NCBI GenBank assembly: GCA_964019335.1
Contig: OZ025682.1
Location: 124,001 to 188,000 of the forward strand
Source of the DNA: Diplonema japonicum
Taxonomy: Eukaryota; Protista; Euglenozoa: Diplonemea
Reading direction: 5' to 3'
DNA length: 64,000 bases
The notes below the pieces were generated by a model, which saw only the letters and a program-made list of their open reading frames with translations, did not search any database and was not told the origin of the DNA. The position numbers and the translations under genes are program-made. Of this stretch, positions 11,566 to 23,143 are shown in pieces. Numbering within the stretch: the first letter of the stretch is position 1; every line of letters begins with the position of its first letter.

Positions 11566-12426
11566 ATGATGCGAACAGAGGGAATAACAGCACCCCCTGT
11601 GTCGCGTGCGCAGCAGAAGTACAGCGACGAACCCCCTGAGCCGCTGCATTACCGGGTAGGGGTGAACCCATCTGCAAAGGGAGATGAAAAATTAGAGGTC
11701 GGAAAGCAGTTCTGGAGGGAGCACCTTTCATCCATGCACACAGGAAGGGTATACGAGTGCTTCAAAGCGTGGTTGGCCGAAGATGTTGTGTGGACCGCGG
11801 AAGGGCCACCCCTCGCCGGGACCGCTAAAGGGATTAATCAAATCTGCGAATTATACAATGCAATGTTGAAAACAACAAGCCACGGACTAGGAAAACTGAC
11901 GTTCAGGGTTCTGACAGCCTCGTACCACCCGAAGCTAGACGTTGTTCGCCTTGAGGTTGTTAGGTCCATGCAGCTACCTGACAAGACATCTGACGTGTTG
12001 AGAAAACGGTTCACAATAAAGTTTAACTCTGAAATGAAAATCGTTTCGGCGAGCATTACCCCACGTGGGGAGACAAGTATTCGGCCAGTATCGAAGGCAT
12101 GTCTCGCCAAAGCCAAGGAGGAGGAAGAAGAAGAGGAAGAAAGAGAGGAAGAGGAAAAATCCTCTGAGCCCCTCCCCTTGCAACCTCCGACTGCTTCCAG
12201 ACCGTGTCTCCACAACAACTGGGACCCTGTTCGGGTGAAGAACAAGAACGCCCTCCTCCGGTGCAGGGTTTGTTCCTCTCAATGGAAGGTTCTCTCCACT
12301 GAAATCGTGCGCTGTAGAAAATACCTTTCGCAGACGGGGTGCAACAAGGGTTCGCTTTGTTCTTCGCTTCATGTCAATGCACGGAAACTGACCTATGTGG
12401 AGCGCACAGGGGTAAAGACAGCATGA
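11566..12426 (+). CDS. SnoaL/NTF2-like + zinc module + CCCH finger protein, copy 7
   Basis: Family motifs; nearly identical to copy 9. Confidence 0.88.
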   Translation: MMRTEGITAPPVSRAQQKYSDEPPEPLHYRVGVNPSAKGDEKLEVGKQFWREHLSSMHTGRVYECFKAWLAEDVVWTAEGPPLAGTAKGINQICELYNAMLKTTSHGLGKLTFRVLTASYHPKLDVVRLEVVRSMQLPDKTSDVLRKRFTIKFNSEMKIVSASITPRGETSIRPVSKACLAKAKEEEEEEEEREEEEKSSEPLPLQPPTASRPCLHNNWDPVRVKNKNALLRCRVCSSQWKVLSTEIVRCRKYLSQTGCNKGSLCSSLHVNARKLTYVERTGVKTA

Positions 12427-12939
12427 TGTGAAAAGAAACAAACAAAAAAAAAAAAAAATCCATTTTTATCTAACTACCGTATTTTTGCCTTAGCTGTTCG
12501 CCTTTGACACACGGGATACCGTCCCTCCTTTTTTTTTCTCTTTTTCTTCTACGATTTCTTTTCTTTTTTTTCCCCTCTTCCTACGTCACTCCCTCGTCAT
12601 CTTTAAAAAAAAAAAAAATGTTCTGAAAAAAGGGTTTTTTCTCGCTAGCTATACGAATGAAGGAAAGAAGGAAAGAAAAGAAAAAAATGTGCAGTAGTGC
12701 GGCACATTCGGCAAACATGTAGTCGAAATACGACCTGAACCCTTCCCGGCCCCCTCCCCCAGAACATTTTTAGAGACTTGAGGCCCTGATTGATACAATA
12801 AAAAAGGATCACTAGGCGTTCAAATATAGCAGCTTTATCTTACTTGTACCCCTCACCCTCCCTTTACCTTAAACTGCAGTGACATAAGGTAGTTGTTCTT
12901 CTTCGTTTTTATTTCTCTTTTTCTTTTTCTTTTTTTTAA

Positions 12940-13161
12940 GTGGTGGGGATAACATGAAAATATAAGCGAATCATCGCTGTTGACCTCCTCGTCGGTCATC
13001 ACCGGTAGCGCCCGAGTGGGAGAACGTGATGCAGATGCTCAGGGTGACGAACAGGCAGCAAACTACACGAGGGGTTGAGCTGTGCACCGCACGCATTAAG
13101 GACACGGCGCGGAACGCAGAAGAAGCTACACCTCGGCCGCGGTGCGCCCCACAGTAATCAA
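12940..13161 (-). mobile_element. GC-rich dispersed repeat, copy 2
   Basis: Inverted match to 8777-9041; absent from the paralogous position near 16090 in the duplicated segment. Confidence 0.7.
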
Positions 13162-13790
13162 ATAGACAGTTCTTGATATATATTTTTTTTTCTCCTTCCC
13201 CTTCATCTCCCCTCAACGCCCCCAGCATGCAGGACACATGGTCACCTTTATAAAATCTTTTTTTTTGTGTCTACGTGATACTGGCTGTCGAGCATAGAGC
13301 GGGAAGAAGAATTATTATTGTTGTCTCTTTGTCCCCCCCCCCTTAAAAATGCAAAATTACTATTATTTATTGGGTGTAGGGGTTTTTTTTTTGGGTTTCT
13401 GTTTCCCGTATTCAGCATAGAAATGCATGCCTCCCCCCCCCAAGAAAAAGAAAATAGCTGGTGAAATACCAGCCAAAAAGGGGTGCGCTTTCGATGCAGG
13501 GATCCGGTAGCTTTTGCACCTTTTTACTTCCTGCGACCCGTAGATTCGTAACTCTGTTGGCAGCACATATATCTTCGGGGGAACTGCCCCTGTGTAACCG
13601 AGAAGCGAAAAAAAAATTTTTTTTCTTCAGGTATTTTTTTTTTTTCTTCTTACCAGACGTTACAATCTTGTTTCTTTTTTTTTTTTGTTCTTGTTGTTGC
13701 TCTCTTCTTCCCTCCCGCCCATTTTCCATTTTTTTTTGTTCTCCTTTTCTTAAGCAAGAAAAAAAAAGGGGGAGGGGGTAAAACAAAACC

Positions 13791-13932
13791 ATCCACTAAA
13801 ATCCAAGAGGTCTTCAACCGCCCCCCCTCTGATGTCTAAATACCGGGAAGGCGTCAATGTCAACGCAAAGGGCCCCGAGAAGATAGATGTTGCAAAGCAG
13901 TTCTTCAAGGAGCACCTGTCGAGCATGCACAC
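13791..13932 (+). pseudogene. Truncated array copy 8 (5' fragment of a copy-10-like gene)
   Basis: Matches about 16713-16854 (VFNRPPLMSKYREGVNVNAKGPEKIDVAKQFFKEH.SSMHT). The original ATG is missing and the sequence switches abruptly to transposon-derived DNA at about 13933. Confidence 0.8.
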
Positions 13933-14405
13933 CACAGCCGCGAGCTATTCTGTTTTTCCCGTGTACATTAACTGCGGATGCAGTTTGCCACCAGACAGGG
14001 AAACACAAAACTGTCTGGTGACGGCGCGCTTGTCTCCCAAACTCCTAACTCTTCTTCCCCAGGCAGCAGGGGAAGCGCCGTTTGTCCCATGTTCCAGGTC
14101 AACTCCGGCCTGATCCCGTGTTCTTCAATGGTCCTTCTGACCTCTTCTGCGAACCTCTTCGGGGCTGCCAGACTTCCCTGTTGTTGGGCGGCGGCTTGTG
14201 ATGCCATGCTTGGAGCACAGCTGGTTGGCCCAGGCTTGGGAGAAAGACACCGTTCCCGAAGTTCTCCTTCCGCAGCGGTTTCTTCCTTGTTCAGAAGAGG
14301 CTTATATATACTGGACATTGGCGCCATGACTCCCACACCTGAGCCGCCGTGGTACCATGGGTGGGGTTCTCCCTGGACGCGGCCTTGTCCAAGATTTTTT
14401 ACTTC
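13933..14405 (-). mobile_element. Decayed pogo/Tigger-like DDE transposase fragment
   Basis: Minus-strand KRFAEEVRRTIEEHGIRPELTWNMGQTALPLLP resembles the pogo 'i.N.DET' region and is similar to 27340-27410. Its end (GGTTCTCCCTGGACGCGGCC.TGTCCAAGATTTTTTAC) recurs at 11446-11483. Confidence 0.55.
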
Positions 14406-14409
14406 CTTG

Positions 14410-14467
14410 GTGTGAATTTCTACGTGAACAGTGGGCACCCCATGCACACTGAAACTTTATCGAATTT
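14410..14467 (+). mobile_element. Solo 3' end of the LINE family
   Basis: Aligns with 21849-21906, including the terminal stem-loop. Confidence 0.7.
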
Positions 14468-14767
14468 ACTTTTTATCTCCCCCCTGCTTTCATTTTCTTT
14501 TTTCGTGGTTGGGAACGGTTCTCTCCGACCTACTAGGACGCGAGTAGGAGCCAGTAGGTGCCTCTTGCCTGATGAGGACAGCACCTGGAGGAGTTGCAAG
14601 ATGAGTCCAAAACTGAGAGATACCTAGTACTGGCACGAAATTCGGTCCGGGAGGGCCTTATTCCCTGTGTGGATCTTACGCAGAGCAAAAATGATGTCCC
14701 TTCACTGCATGCCAGTTTGAGTTTTTTACTTCTACACGGAAGGTATCAGAAAAAAGGAAAAAAGAAA

Positions 14768-15625
14768 ATGATGCAAACAGAGGGAATAACAGCACCCCCT
14801 GTGTCGCGTGCGCAGCAGAAGTACAGCGACGAACCCCCTGAGCCGCTGCATTACCGGGTAGGGGTGAACCCATCTGCAAAGGGGGATGAAAAATTAGAGA
14901 TCGGAAAGCAGTTCTGGAGGGAGCACCTTTCATCCATGCACACAGGAAGGGTATACGAGTGCTTCAAAGCGTGGTTGGCCGAAGATGTTGTGTGGACCGC
15001 GGAAGGGCCACCCCTCGCCGGGACCGCTAAAGGGATTAATCAAATCTGCGAGTTCTACAATGCAATGTTGGAAACAACACGCCACAGACAAGGAAAACTG
15101 ACGTTCAGGGTTCTGACAGCCTCGTACCACCCGAAGCTAGACGTTGTTCGCCTTGAGGTTGTTAGATCCATGCAGCTACCTGACAAGACATCTGACGTGT
15201 TGAGAAAACGGTTCACAATAAAGTTTAACTCTGAAATGAAAATCGTTTCGGCGAGCATTACCCCACGTGGGGAGACAAGTATTCGGCCAGTATCGAAGGC
15301 ATGTCTCGCCAAAGCCAAGGAGGAGGAAGAAGAAGAGGAAGAAAGAGAGGAAGAGGAAAAATCCTCTGAGCCCCTCCCCTTGCAACCTCCGACTGCTTCC
15401 AGACCGTGTCTCCACAACAACTGGGACCCTGTTCGGGTGAAGAACAAGAACGCCCTCCTCCGGTGCAGGGTTTGTTCCTCTCAATGGAAGGTTCTCTCCA
15501 CTGAAATCGTGCGCTGTAGAAAATACCTTTCGCAGACGGGGTGCAACAAGGGTTCGCTTTGTTCCTCGCTTCATGTCAATGCACGGAAACTGACCTATGT
15601 GGAGCGCACAGGGGTAACAGCATGA
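14768..15625 (+). CDS. SnoaL/NTF2-like + zinc module + CCCH finger protein, copy 9
   Basis: ATG at 14768; recent duplicate of copy 7. Confidence 0.88.
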   Translation: MMQTEGITAPPVSRAQQKYSDEPPEPLHYRVGVNPSAKGDEKLEIGKQFWREHLSSMHTGRVYECFKAWLAEDVVWTAEGPPLAGTAKGINQICEFYNAMLETTRHRQGKLTFRVLTASYHPKLDVVRLEVVRSMQLPDKTSDVLRKRFTIKFNSEMKIVSASITPRGETSIRPVSKACLAKAKEEEEEEEEREEEEKSSEPLPLQPPTASRPCLHNNWDPVRVKNKNALLRCRVCSSQWKVLSTEIVRCRKYLSQTGCNKGSLCSSLHVNARKLTYVERTGVTA

Positions 15626-16551
15626 TGTGAAAAGAAACAAAAAAAAAAGAAAAAAAAGAAGCACTCCATTTTTATCTAACTACCGTATTTTTGCCTTAGC
15701 TGTTCGCCTTTGACGCACGGGATACCGTCCCTCCTTTTTTTTTTTTTTTTTTTTTTTGCTTCCTTACTACGTCACTCCCTCGTCCTCTAAAGAAAAAAAT
15801 GTTCTGAAAAAAAAGGTTATTCTCGCTAGCTATACGAATGAAGGAAAGAAGGAAAGAAAAGAAAAAAATGTGCAGTAGTGCACATTCGGCAAACATGTAG
15901 TCGAAATACGACCTGAACCCTTTCCCGGCCCCCTCCCCCAGAACATTTTTAGAGACTTGAGGCCCTGATTGATACAATAAAAAAGGATCACTAGGCGTTC
16001 AAATATAGCAGCTTTATCTTACTTGTACCCCTCACCCTTCCTTTACCTTAAACTGCAGTGACATAAGGTAGTTGCTGTTCGTTTTTTTCTCTTTTTTTTT
16101 GTGTTTGTTTCCTTCATTTCCCCTCAACGCCCCCAGCATGCTGGACACATGGTCACCTTTATATATTTTGATGTCTTCGTGATACTGGCTGTCGAGCACT
16201 AGAGCGGGAAGAAGAATTATTATTTTTTTGCCCCCCCTAAAAAATGCAAAATTACTATTATCTATTGGGTTTGGGAGTTTTTTTTTGGTCTGTTTCCCGT
16301 ACCCAGCATAGAAATGCATGCCTCCCCCCCCCAAAAAAGGGTGTGCTTTCGATGCAGGGATCCGGTAGCTTTTGCACCCTTTTACTTCCTGCGACCCGTA
16401 GATTCGTAACTCTGTTGGCAGCACATATATTTTCGGGGGAATTGCCCCTGTGTAACCGAGAAGCGAAAAAAAAAAAAGGAAAAAAAAAATAGAAATTGCA
16501 TTTTTTCCAGGTGTTTTTTTATTTGTTCTTCTTTACTAGACGTTACATCTT

Positions 16552-16593
<42 letters not shown>

Positions 16594-16699
16594 TTCTTGT
16601 TGTTGCTTTCTTCTTCCCTCCCGCTCATTTTCCATTTTTTTTTGTTCCCCTTTTCTTAAGCAAGAAAAAAAAAAGGGAGGGGAGGGGTAATAAAAAAAA

Positions 16700-17536
16700 A
16701 TGACGGCGGGATCATCCACTAACTTCTCAGAGGTCTTCAACCGCCCCCCTCTGATGTCTAAATACCGGGAAGGCGTCAATGTCAACGCAAAGGGCCCCGA
16801 GAAGATAGATGTTGCAAAGCAGTTCTTCAAGGAACACATGTCGAGCATGCACACGGGAACAACATACCAGTGCTTCGTTGCGTGGATGGACGAGACCACT
16901 CTGTGGGCTATCGAAAAGCCTTCGCACGGCCGTGTGAGGGCAACGGGACCCATCGAAATCACTGAGGCCTACAACACAATGACCAAACTCGTAGTGGGCG
17001 GTCCTCATGGCACCTTAACAGCCAATTTGCAACAAGCTACTTATCACTCTAATCTCGACGTGGTGCGGCTTGAGGTGATGATATCTGTACTACGGTCTGG
17101 ATCCACTACACCAGTGGTGGAGAGAAAACGATTCACCATAAAATTCAAGGCTAATATGATCATTGAGAGGTTGATTGACACCCCCCGCGGTGCGGGTACC
17201 ATACGGCCCGTTAAGAAACAAGCACGAGAATCTTCAGGGAAGCAAACTATCGTAAAGAGAACAGAGGTTGCCCTTCCTCCCAGTCTGCAGCTTCCTACCT
17301 ACGACCGTCCTTGCCTCCACAACAACTGGGATCCTGTTCGTGTGAAGCGGGGCAACTCACTCCTGCGGTGCAGGGTGTGTGGTTCACAGTGGAAGCTTCC
17401 TGTACAAAAGGTTTCCCGTTGTCGAAGGTACCTCTCAGACGGGTGCAACAAGGGTTCCCTCTGCACTGCTCTTCATGTTAATGGGCGGAAGCTGACCTAC
17501 GCACAGCGAACAGGCGACGAGAACCAATCGGCTTGA
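16700..17536 (+). CDS. SnoaL/NTF2-like + zinc module + CCCH finger protein, copy 10
   Basis: Family motifs intact. Confidence 0.88.
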   Translation: MTAGSSTNFSEVFNRPPLMSKYREGVNVNAKGPEKIDVAKQFFKEHMSSMHTGTTYQCFVAWMDETTLWAIEKPSHGRVRATGPIEITEAYNTMTKLVVGGPHGTLTANLQQATYHSNLDVVRLEVMISVLRSGSTTPVVERKRFTIKFKANMIIERLIDTPRGAGTIRPVKKQARESSGKQTIVKRTEVALPPSLQLPTYDRPCLHNNWDPVRVKRGNSLLRCRVCGSQWKLPVQKVSRCRRYLSDGCNKGSLCTALHVNGRKLTYAQRTGDENQSA

Positions 17537-17573
17537 AGGAAATGAGATGGAATTGTGTTTGTTTGAGTGCGGT

Positions 17574-17608
<35 letters not shown>

Positions 17609-18103
17609 CGTTCTGTTTCGCCCCCCTCCCTACTTACTACCTCCGAAAACTAGCTTTAAAAGATTCTGGAGATTCCAACAGGGTTTTTTTTTTTTCGGTA
17701 TTCGCCTCCCCGGCGACCCATCCTTGAGAAACAACTGTACAACTATTGTGTCCTTACCAACTCGGTTGAGGGTTTTATACCTAAGGTACCGAGGAGGGTG
17801 AACGAGGGGCCGAAGGCCACACCACAACAGAAAGGTTCGATCAAGAGATAGATTGAGACTCTTCAGGCGTCCTGTCACATACAGCAGGTACCCTTAAATG
17901 TCTCTTTTTTTTTTTTGTTGCATATGATCTCGTCATAGATGACCCTGTCCTTAAATACGAAATTTTTCTTTAGCAGAAAATAACAAATGTGGCTCGGCGC
18001 CACTTTAGTGATTTTGTATCGTTCCCCCCCCCCCCCCCCCCCCCCCCTGGACGAGCTCATTTTGTGTCAACTCTGTTTGTACAGAATCGTTTTTTTTTTT
18101 TTT

Positions 18104-21100
18104 CTTGGACGACGGCAACAGGTGGGTCCATGCTATGATCAACTTGGACGGACGAGACATGTGGCTCCACCTCATTGTGGTAAATTGCCACTCGGGAAGT
18201 TACGGCAAACACCAGCGTGAGACACTTTTGAACAAGGTGCTGAACGAGATGAGATGTGCCCTGGGAGATGTTCCTATCATCGTCGCGGGGGACCTAAACA
18301 CCGAGGTGTCGCAATCAGGTGTACTACAGCAGGCGGTTGGGTGTGACTGGGTGGATGCAGCAGCAATGCAGGCCGAGAAAGACGGGGTAAGGCCGAGCCA
18401 CACCTTTGTGAGGAGAGCCACTGACACAAAGACACGCATCGACTACGTCTTGATGAACCCGATCGCTGCGGCGGGACTACAGAAGGCGTGGGTCCACGAC
18501 ACGGTGTATACCAACGAACACAGATGCCTCTCCATCAAACTGTGTATCCCTACTCTCAAGAGCAAGACACGCAAGTACTTCATCCCGAAGGAACTGCCGG
18601 TGTCGACTGCTAGTGATGACCACGTGATTGAGCTGCTACAGGCGGAGAGATTCATCCAAAAACTTGAGGACATCGACGGCGCATACCGTGTGCTGGCTGA
18701 CGTCTCGGAAAGACACTGCATCACAGGCGTGCCGATGGAGCAACAGAAGACTTTCCGAGGGAGGGGCGAGGAGCGCAAACCCAAGGAGAAATGCCTGTCG
18801 GCCAAGTCTGTAAAGGAAGCCACGGGCGCAGCGGTGGGTAGACAGAAGTCGATTGCCTGTTTGCAGAGGAAGCTTGCACACATCAGCGCGGAAATCCAGG
18901 TGATGATTGACAAGGGACAAGTGTGCAACATGCCAGTAGTTCTGTTGAAGACTTGGGCGAATGCTCTGAGTTTGCTGGAGAAACTGCCGAACCCTCCAGT
19001 ATTTGATAGGAACTTGCTGAAGGATGACCTGGAGTCGATTGTCACCAGACTTCAACTGCTAGACGACAACCTCTCCTCGCTACTACGCGAGATCGCAAAG
19101 GACACGAGAGTGGAGCGGGAGAAGAAGTACGAGGCGAGGATCAACACCCAGTTCCAGGAGGAGCGGAGGGGGATGACCGCCTTTGTGAAAAACACTTCTA
19201 CGTCAGCGGCGCAGGCAGTGGAGAGCGGCGGAGTGCTGACCGCAGACCTCGACGAGATGGACAGGATGATGCACGCGGAATGGGACGGTGAAGGGCATGA
19301 AGAACCATCGTACGAGGCTTTCAAGGCTAGATACGGGCCATACTTCTCGACGCATGACATGGTGCTCCAGCCACTGACAGGGGCTGATCTGAGAGCAGTT
19401 CTGGCCAAGAAATCGACGAGGACAGCACCGGGAGTTGATGGGTGGAGGATGGCAGAACTTCGCGCTATGCCAAATGTATTGTTGGATGCGTGGGCGATGC
19501 TCTTCAACGCCATCGAGGTGACAGGGAAGTGGCCGAAGGCACTCCTGACGGCGTTGGTGATCCCGAAGGGAGGCGAGAGGACTCCGCTCAACCACCGCCC
19601 CATCACAGTCACGAGTGCGGTCTACAGACTGTGGGCCTGTGCCAGGTTGCGTGATATATCGCCATGGCAAGAGAAATGGGCGGACGACTCGCAGCATGGT
19701 TTTCGACCACGTCACGGGACGGACAGCATCCTGATGGAGCTCAGCACGCAGCTGGAGACGGCGATGCTGACCAACACCCCCTTAACGGCATAGCACTGGA
19801 CTTCGTCAAGTGCTTCGACAGGGTGCCACAGAAAGTAGCGTTCGGGCTTATGCAAGACCTGGGTTTGCACCAGAGGATACTGACCCCGCTCAAAGCGATG
19901 TACGCAGGCCTCAAAAGACGTTTCCGCTTCCCTACTGGCGTGGGTTCCGAGTTCCACGTGACAAATGGAATTCTCCAAGGGTGTCCAATCTCCGTCATCC
20001 TGGTGAACGCTCTGGTGTCAGTGATGGTGAAGTGCGTGATTGCTGAGGTACCTGGCTCGCGATCGCTGTCGTACGCGGACGACGCGTACCTACTTGCGCG
20101 TTTGGTCGAGGTACTCAAGAGAGCGACCAACAAAACAATCGAGTTTTGCGAGCGGACAGGCATGCGCCTTAACGAAAACAAGTCACAAGCATTCTCGACG
20201 AAGGATGAGATCGGCCCTTGGTTGAAGTGCACAGGCTCATCGTTCAGAGTGACGAAGGGGATCAAGGCGCTTGGCGTGATCCTGAACATGAACGGGAAAC
20301 ATAGTTTGGACAAGCTACATTCCGCCGAAGGCCGTTTGTCCCGGCTTGGTGCATTGCCATTAAGCTTCGGGAACAAGGCGTCAATACTGACGGGCACTGT
20401 GCTACCATCCTGTCTATACGGTACGACCTACGCTGCGCCGTCTGACAACCAGCTGAAGAAGCTCTGTACAGCGACGGTGACTTCCCTGTGGGGACCGCGC
20501 TTCAGGATGAGATCCCCGATGGCTGTGCTCAATGTGCTGTTACCTGGACACACAGCATATCCACAAGCGAAGATTGTTTACAACACGGTGAACTGCCTGG
20601 TGCGAGAAAGCCTCACCTCCCCACAACTGTGGCAGCGAGTCAATGAGATTGTTACACTGTACCGGGAGCGAGAGGACGACGAGGAGAGGGGGCCGCTAGG
20701 GGTCTTGCTGAAGAGGTGGCTACCCTTCCTGAACAAGGGGTGGTCCTTCATTGAAGGTTTGCGCGCTCTGGTGCCCAGTGCGAGACGCCATGAAGTAAGA
20801 CAGGCGATCAGACCGGCTGTTGCAAAGGAATTGATCCACGGCAGGTCGTCTTTTGCTGGAATGGAAGCGGGTGCATGTCCGTCCACGAACGCCTGGTGGA
20901 GGAAGCTCCAGTCACGGAGACCGCTGATATCGTACAGACTGCGGCGGATCATCAGCGGTGCAGTGTTCACGGTACACCCTCGAGTGTGGGGGAAGCAATT
21001 GGATGAACGTGAGGGTGTGGAAAGCTCGTCTCTTGCGTGCGACGTCTGCGACCATCGATGCCAGACGACGACAGAAGTCACGGAGCACGCCCTATGGGAA

Positions 21101-21903
21101 TGTGCACCAGCGAGAGCTGCCCTGACAAACGAAAGATATGGCGGGATGACACGAAGTGACCTACCTGCAGTGACCGCCCTCCACGGGATCATTCCAAGGG
21201 GCGCAACGGGGGCTGCGAAGCAACAGGCGGCAGTCGTGCAACGATACCTGTTGGATGTCGTGTCAAGACGAGACGCCAGAGCGGCTGAACGGAGCACCAG
21301 GATCCTCACCACCAACCCGTGGGATGGGATCACAACGGGGAAGCAGCACACTGTGCCCACAGTGGAGCTGTTGAAATCGAACGGAGCGTCGGGAAAGGTC
21401 CTAATGTTCTACATGAAGAGCGTCCTCAGGTGGCTGAAGCCTAAGATGGTACGCAGGCAGGAAGTTGACGTCCGTCACGACGATGGAGCTCGCAGTAGAC
21501 TATGAGCAGGCCACCCGGCAGTCCTTGGCTGGACCCCTCGACGACCAGGACTGGCTCACAGAGAAGGCTGGAAGGATGCGATACATCTTAGGACGTATTC
21601 AGAAATGCACAGCAAAGAGTGGGAAGAATGCTTTCCCCGCCAACGCGAAGACAAGGGTACACACCCTTCGACATCTTGGGGGCCCGACGACACACGGCTA
21701 CGACAGGAGACCACTCTTCTCCTCGAGCCAAACCGCCCCCTACCTAGCACGACTCCAAGCAATGTTTCTCGCCCAGATGCCGTCCATCTCATCGCGACAA
21801 ACAGCCACCGCAGGCACCAGACAGCAACCGCAGAACGGTGACCGATTAGTGTGAATTTCTCCCTGAACGGTGAGCACCCACCCGCACACCGAAATTTATC
21901 AAA
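18104..21903 (+). mobile_element. 5'-truncated non-LTR retrotransposon (APE-RT-zinc finger), frameshifted
   Basis: APE motifs AGDLN and TRIDY; RT motifs QHGFRP, LDFVKCFDRV, GILQGCPIS and YADD; CDVC..EHALWEC. Frameshifts near 19780 and 21440; starts mid-APE after a T tract. Confidence 0.92.
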
Positions 21904-22019
21904 TTTTCTTTTTTTCCTCCTCCCTATTGAATATATTAAGGCTCTCTTACTGTTGGTGTGTGATCTCTGACTCTTCTACTGAAACAGAATTTTCTCTCCC
22001 CACTTTACTTACGGTACTT

Positions 22020-22050
<31 letters not shown>

Positions 22051-22913
22051 ATTTCATTCTTAAGGCCCCCTCTGGGAGAAGAAAGTATAAGGCTTTCTTC
22101 CGCCCGCGCCCCCAAAAAAAAAATAAAGCGTTTCTATTTTTTTTTTCGCATTTTCCCCCACCTGCCAATGCACCGGTCTCGAAAATGGATGATGCTTCAA
22201 TCCATCCACCCGTAGTCGGCCGTGCGCTGGTATTGAAATTTGGTTGGCGTGAGCCTCATGGGGGATACGGGTATTGTTAGCACCTCTTCTCCCAAAACAC
22301 TTTTTTTTCTTCTTCTTTTGTTTGTGTCTTTCTGTGTGGTCTGTAGTTGAGTTTAGACCGGCAGTCGACGGTCTATACTCTGCATTCCCCCATTTTTTTC
22401 TCTCTCTCCGAGAGGCTCACCAATGCAACCCATCCTTATTATTAGTTTTTTTCGCCTGAACAAGAAGAAAAAGAAGAGGAAAAAAAAAAAAAGAAAGAAA
22501 GGGGTGAGGTCGAAGGCAGGCTTTTCTATTCGGCTTTTTTTTCTCTTTTTTTTTTTTACCAACCTTCTGCACAATCAAACAAACAACAAAGGAGGTTTAA
22601 AAAAAAAGAGAGAGAAAGAGCATCCAAAACCGTCCCCCCCCCCCCCCCCTATTCTCACCTCGGTGTTAAAATTTAACATCGAAAAAAAAATTGGAGGAAA
22701 AAAAATTATTCGACTGCTGAGAACAAGAGTTCTCTGTTCTCCGCTCATTCCCGTATGTCCCATTTTCTTTTTCTTTTTTTTTTGATGGGCCGTTGCTAAC
22801 CACTTCGTTCCTATCATAGTGCTTTTTTTTTCCCCCTTCCTAACTCCCGTGATATTTTTTTAATTATTATTTGTTTTAAAAAAAAGACATGTAACCCCCC
22901 CCCCCCCCCCTCC

Positions 22914-23087
22914 CTAGGCCTATGCTGGCATGGAAACGCGTTTCCATGCATTTTTTGAAAAAAGGGGAAACGGATACGAAAGCGGAAATGTTTCCTTATG
23001 TTTCCTTAAGAAGGAAACGCGTTTCCATAAGAATTTTGAAAAAGTATGGAAACGGAAACGTTTCCACGTTTGCTGCCAGCATAGCCC
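22914..23087. mobile_element. Approx. 170 bp MITE with CTATGCTGGCA terminal inverted repeats (hAT-like ends)
   Basis: TIRs plus internal GGAAAC/GTTTCC palindromes; second copy inverted at 32221-32377. Confidence 0.75.
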
Positions 23088-23143
23088 CCCCCCTCCAACA
23101 AAACCAAAAAAGATTACACGGGAAAAAAAAAAAAAAAAAAAAA

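Larger units (their letters stand above)
11565..13932 (+). repeat. Tandem segmental duplication, unit A (unit B about 14767-16854)
   Basis: Gene and intergenic sequence are near-identical and collinear, apart from homopolymer lengths and the 12940-13161 insert. Confidence 0.9.

Noticed and set aside
14594-14767. N-terminal extensions of array ORFs (also 3852, 5578, 22922, 28557, 37624)
   Set aside because: They are not conserved among paralogues and consist of homopolymer or MITE sequence; the conserved ATG follows the poly-A run.
19770-19795. Programmed frameshift in the LINE RT
   Set aside because: It is a single-base loss in a C run, and the second LINE is in frame here; decay or sequencing error is simpler.
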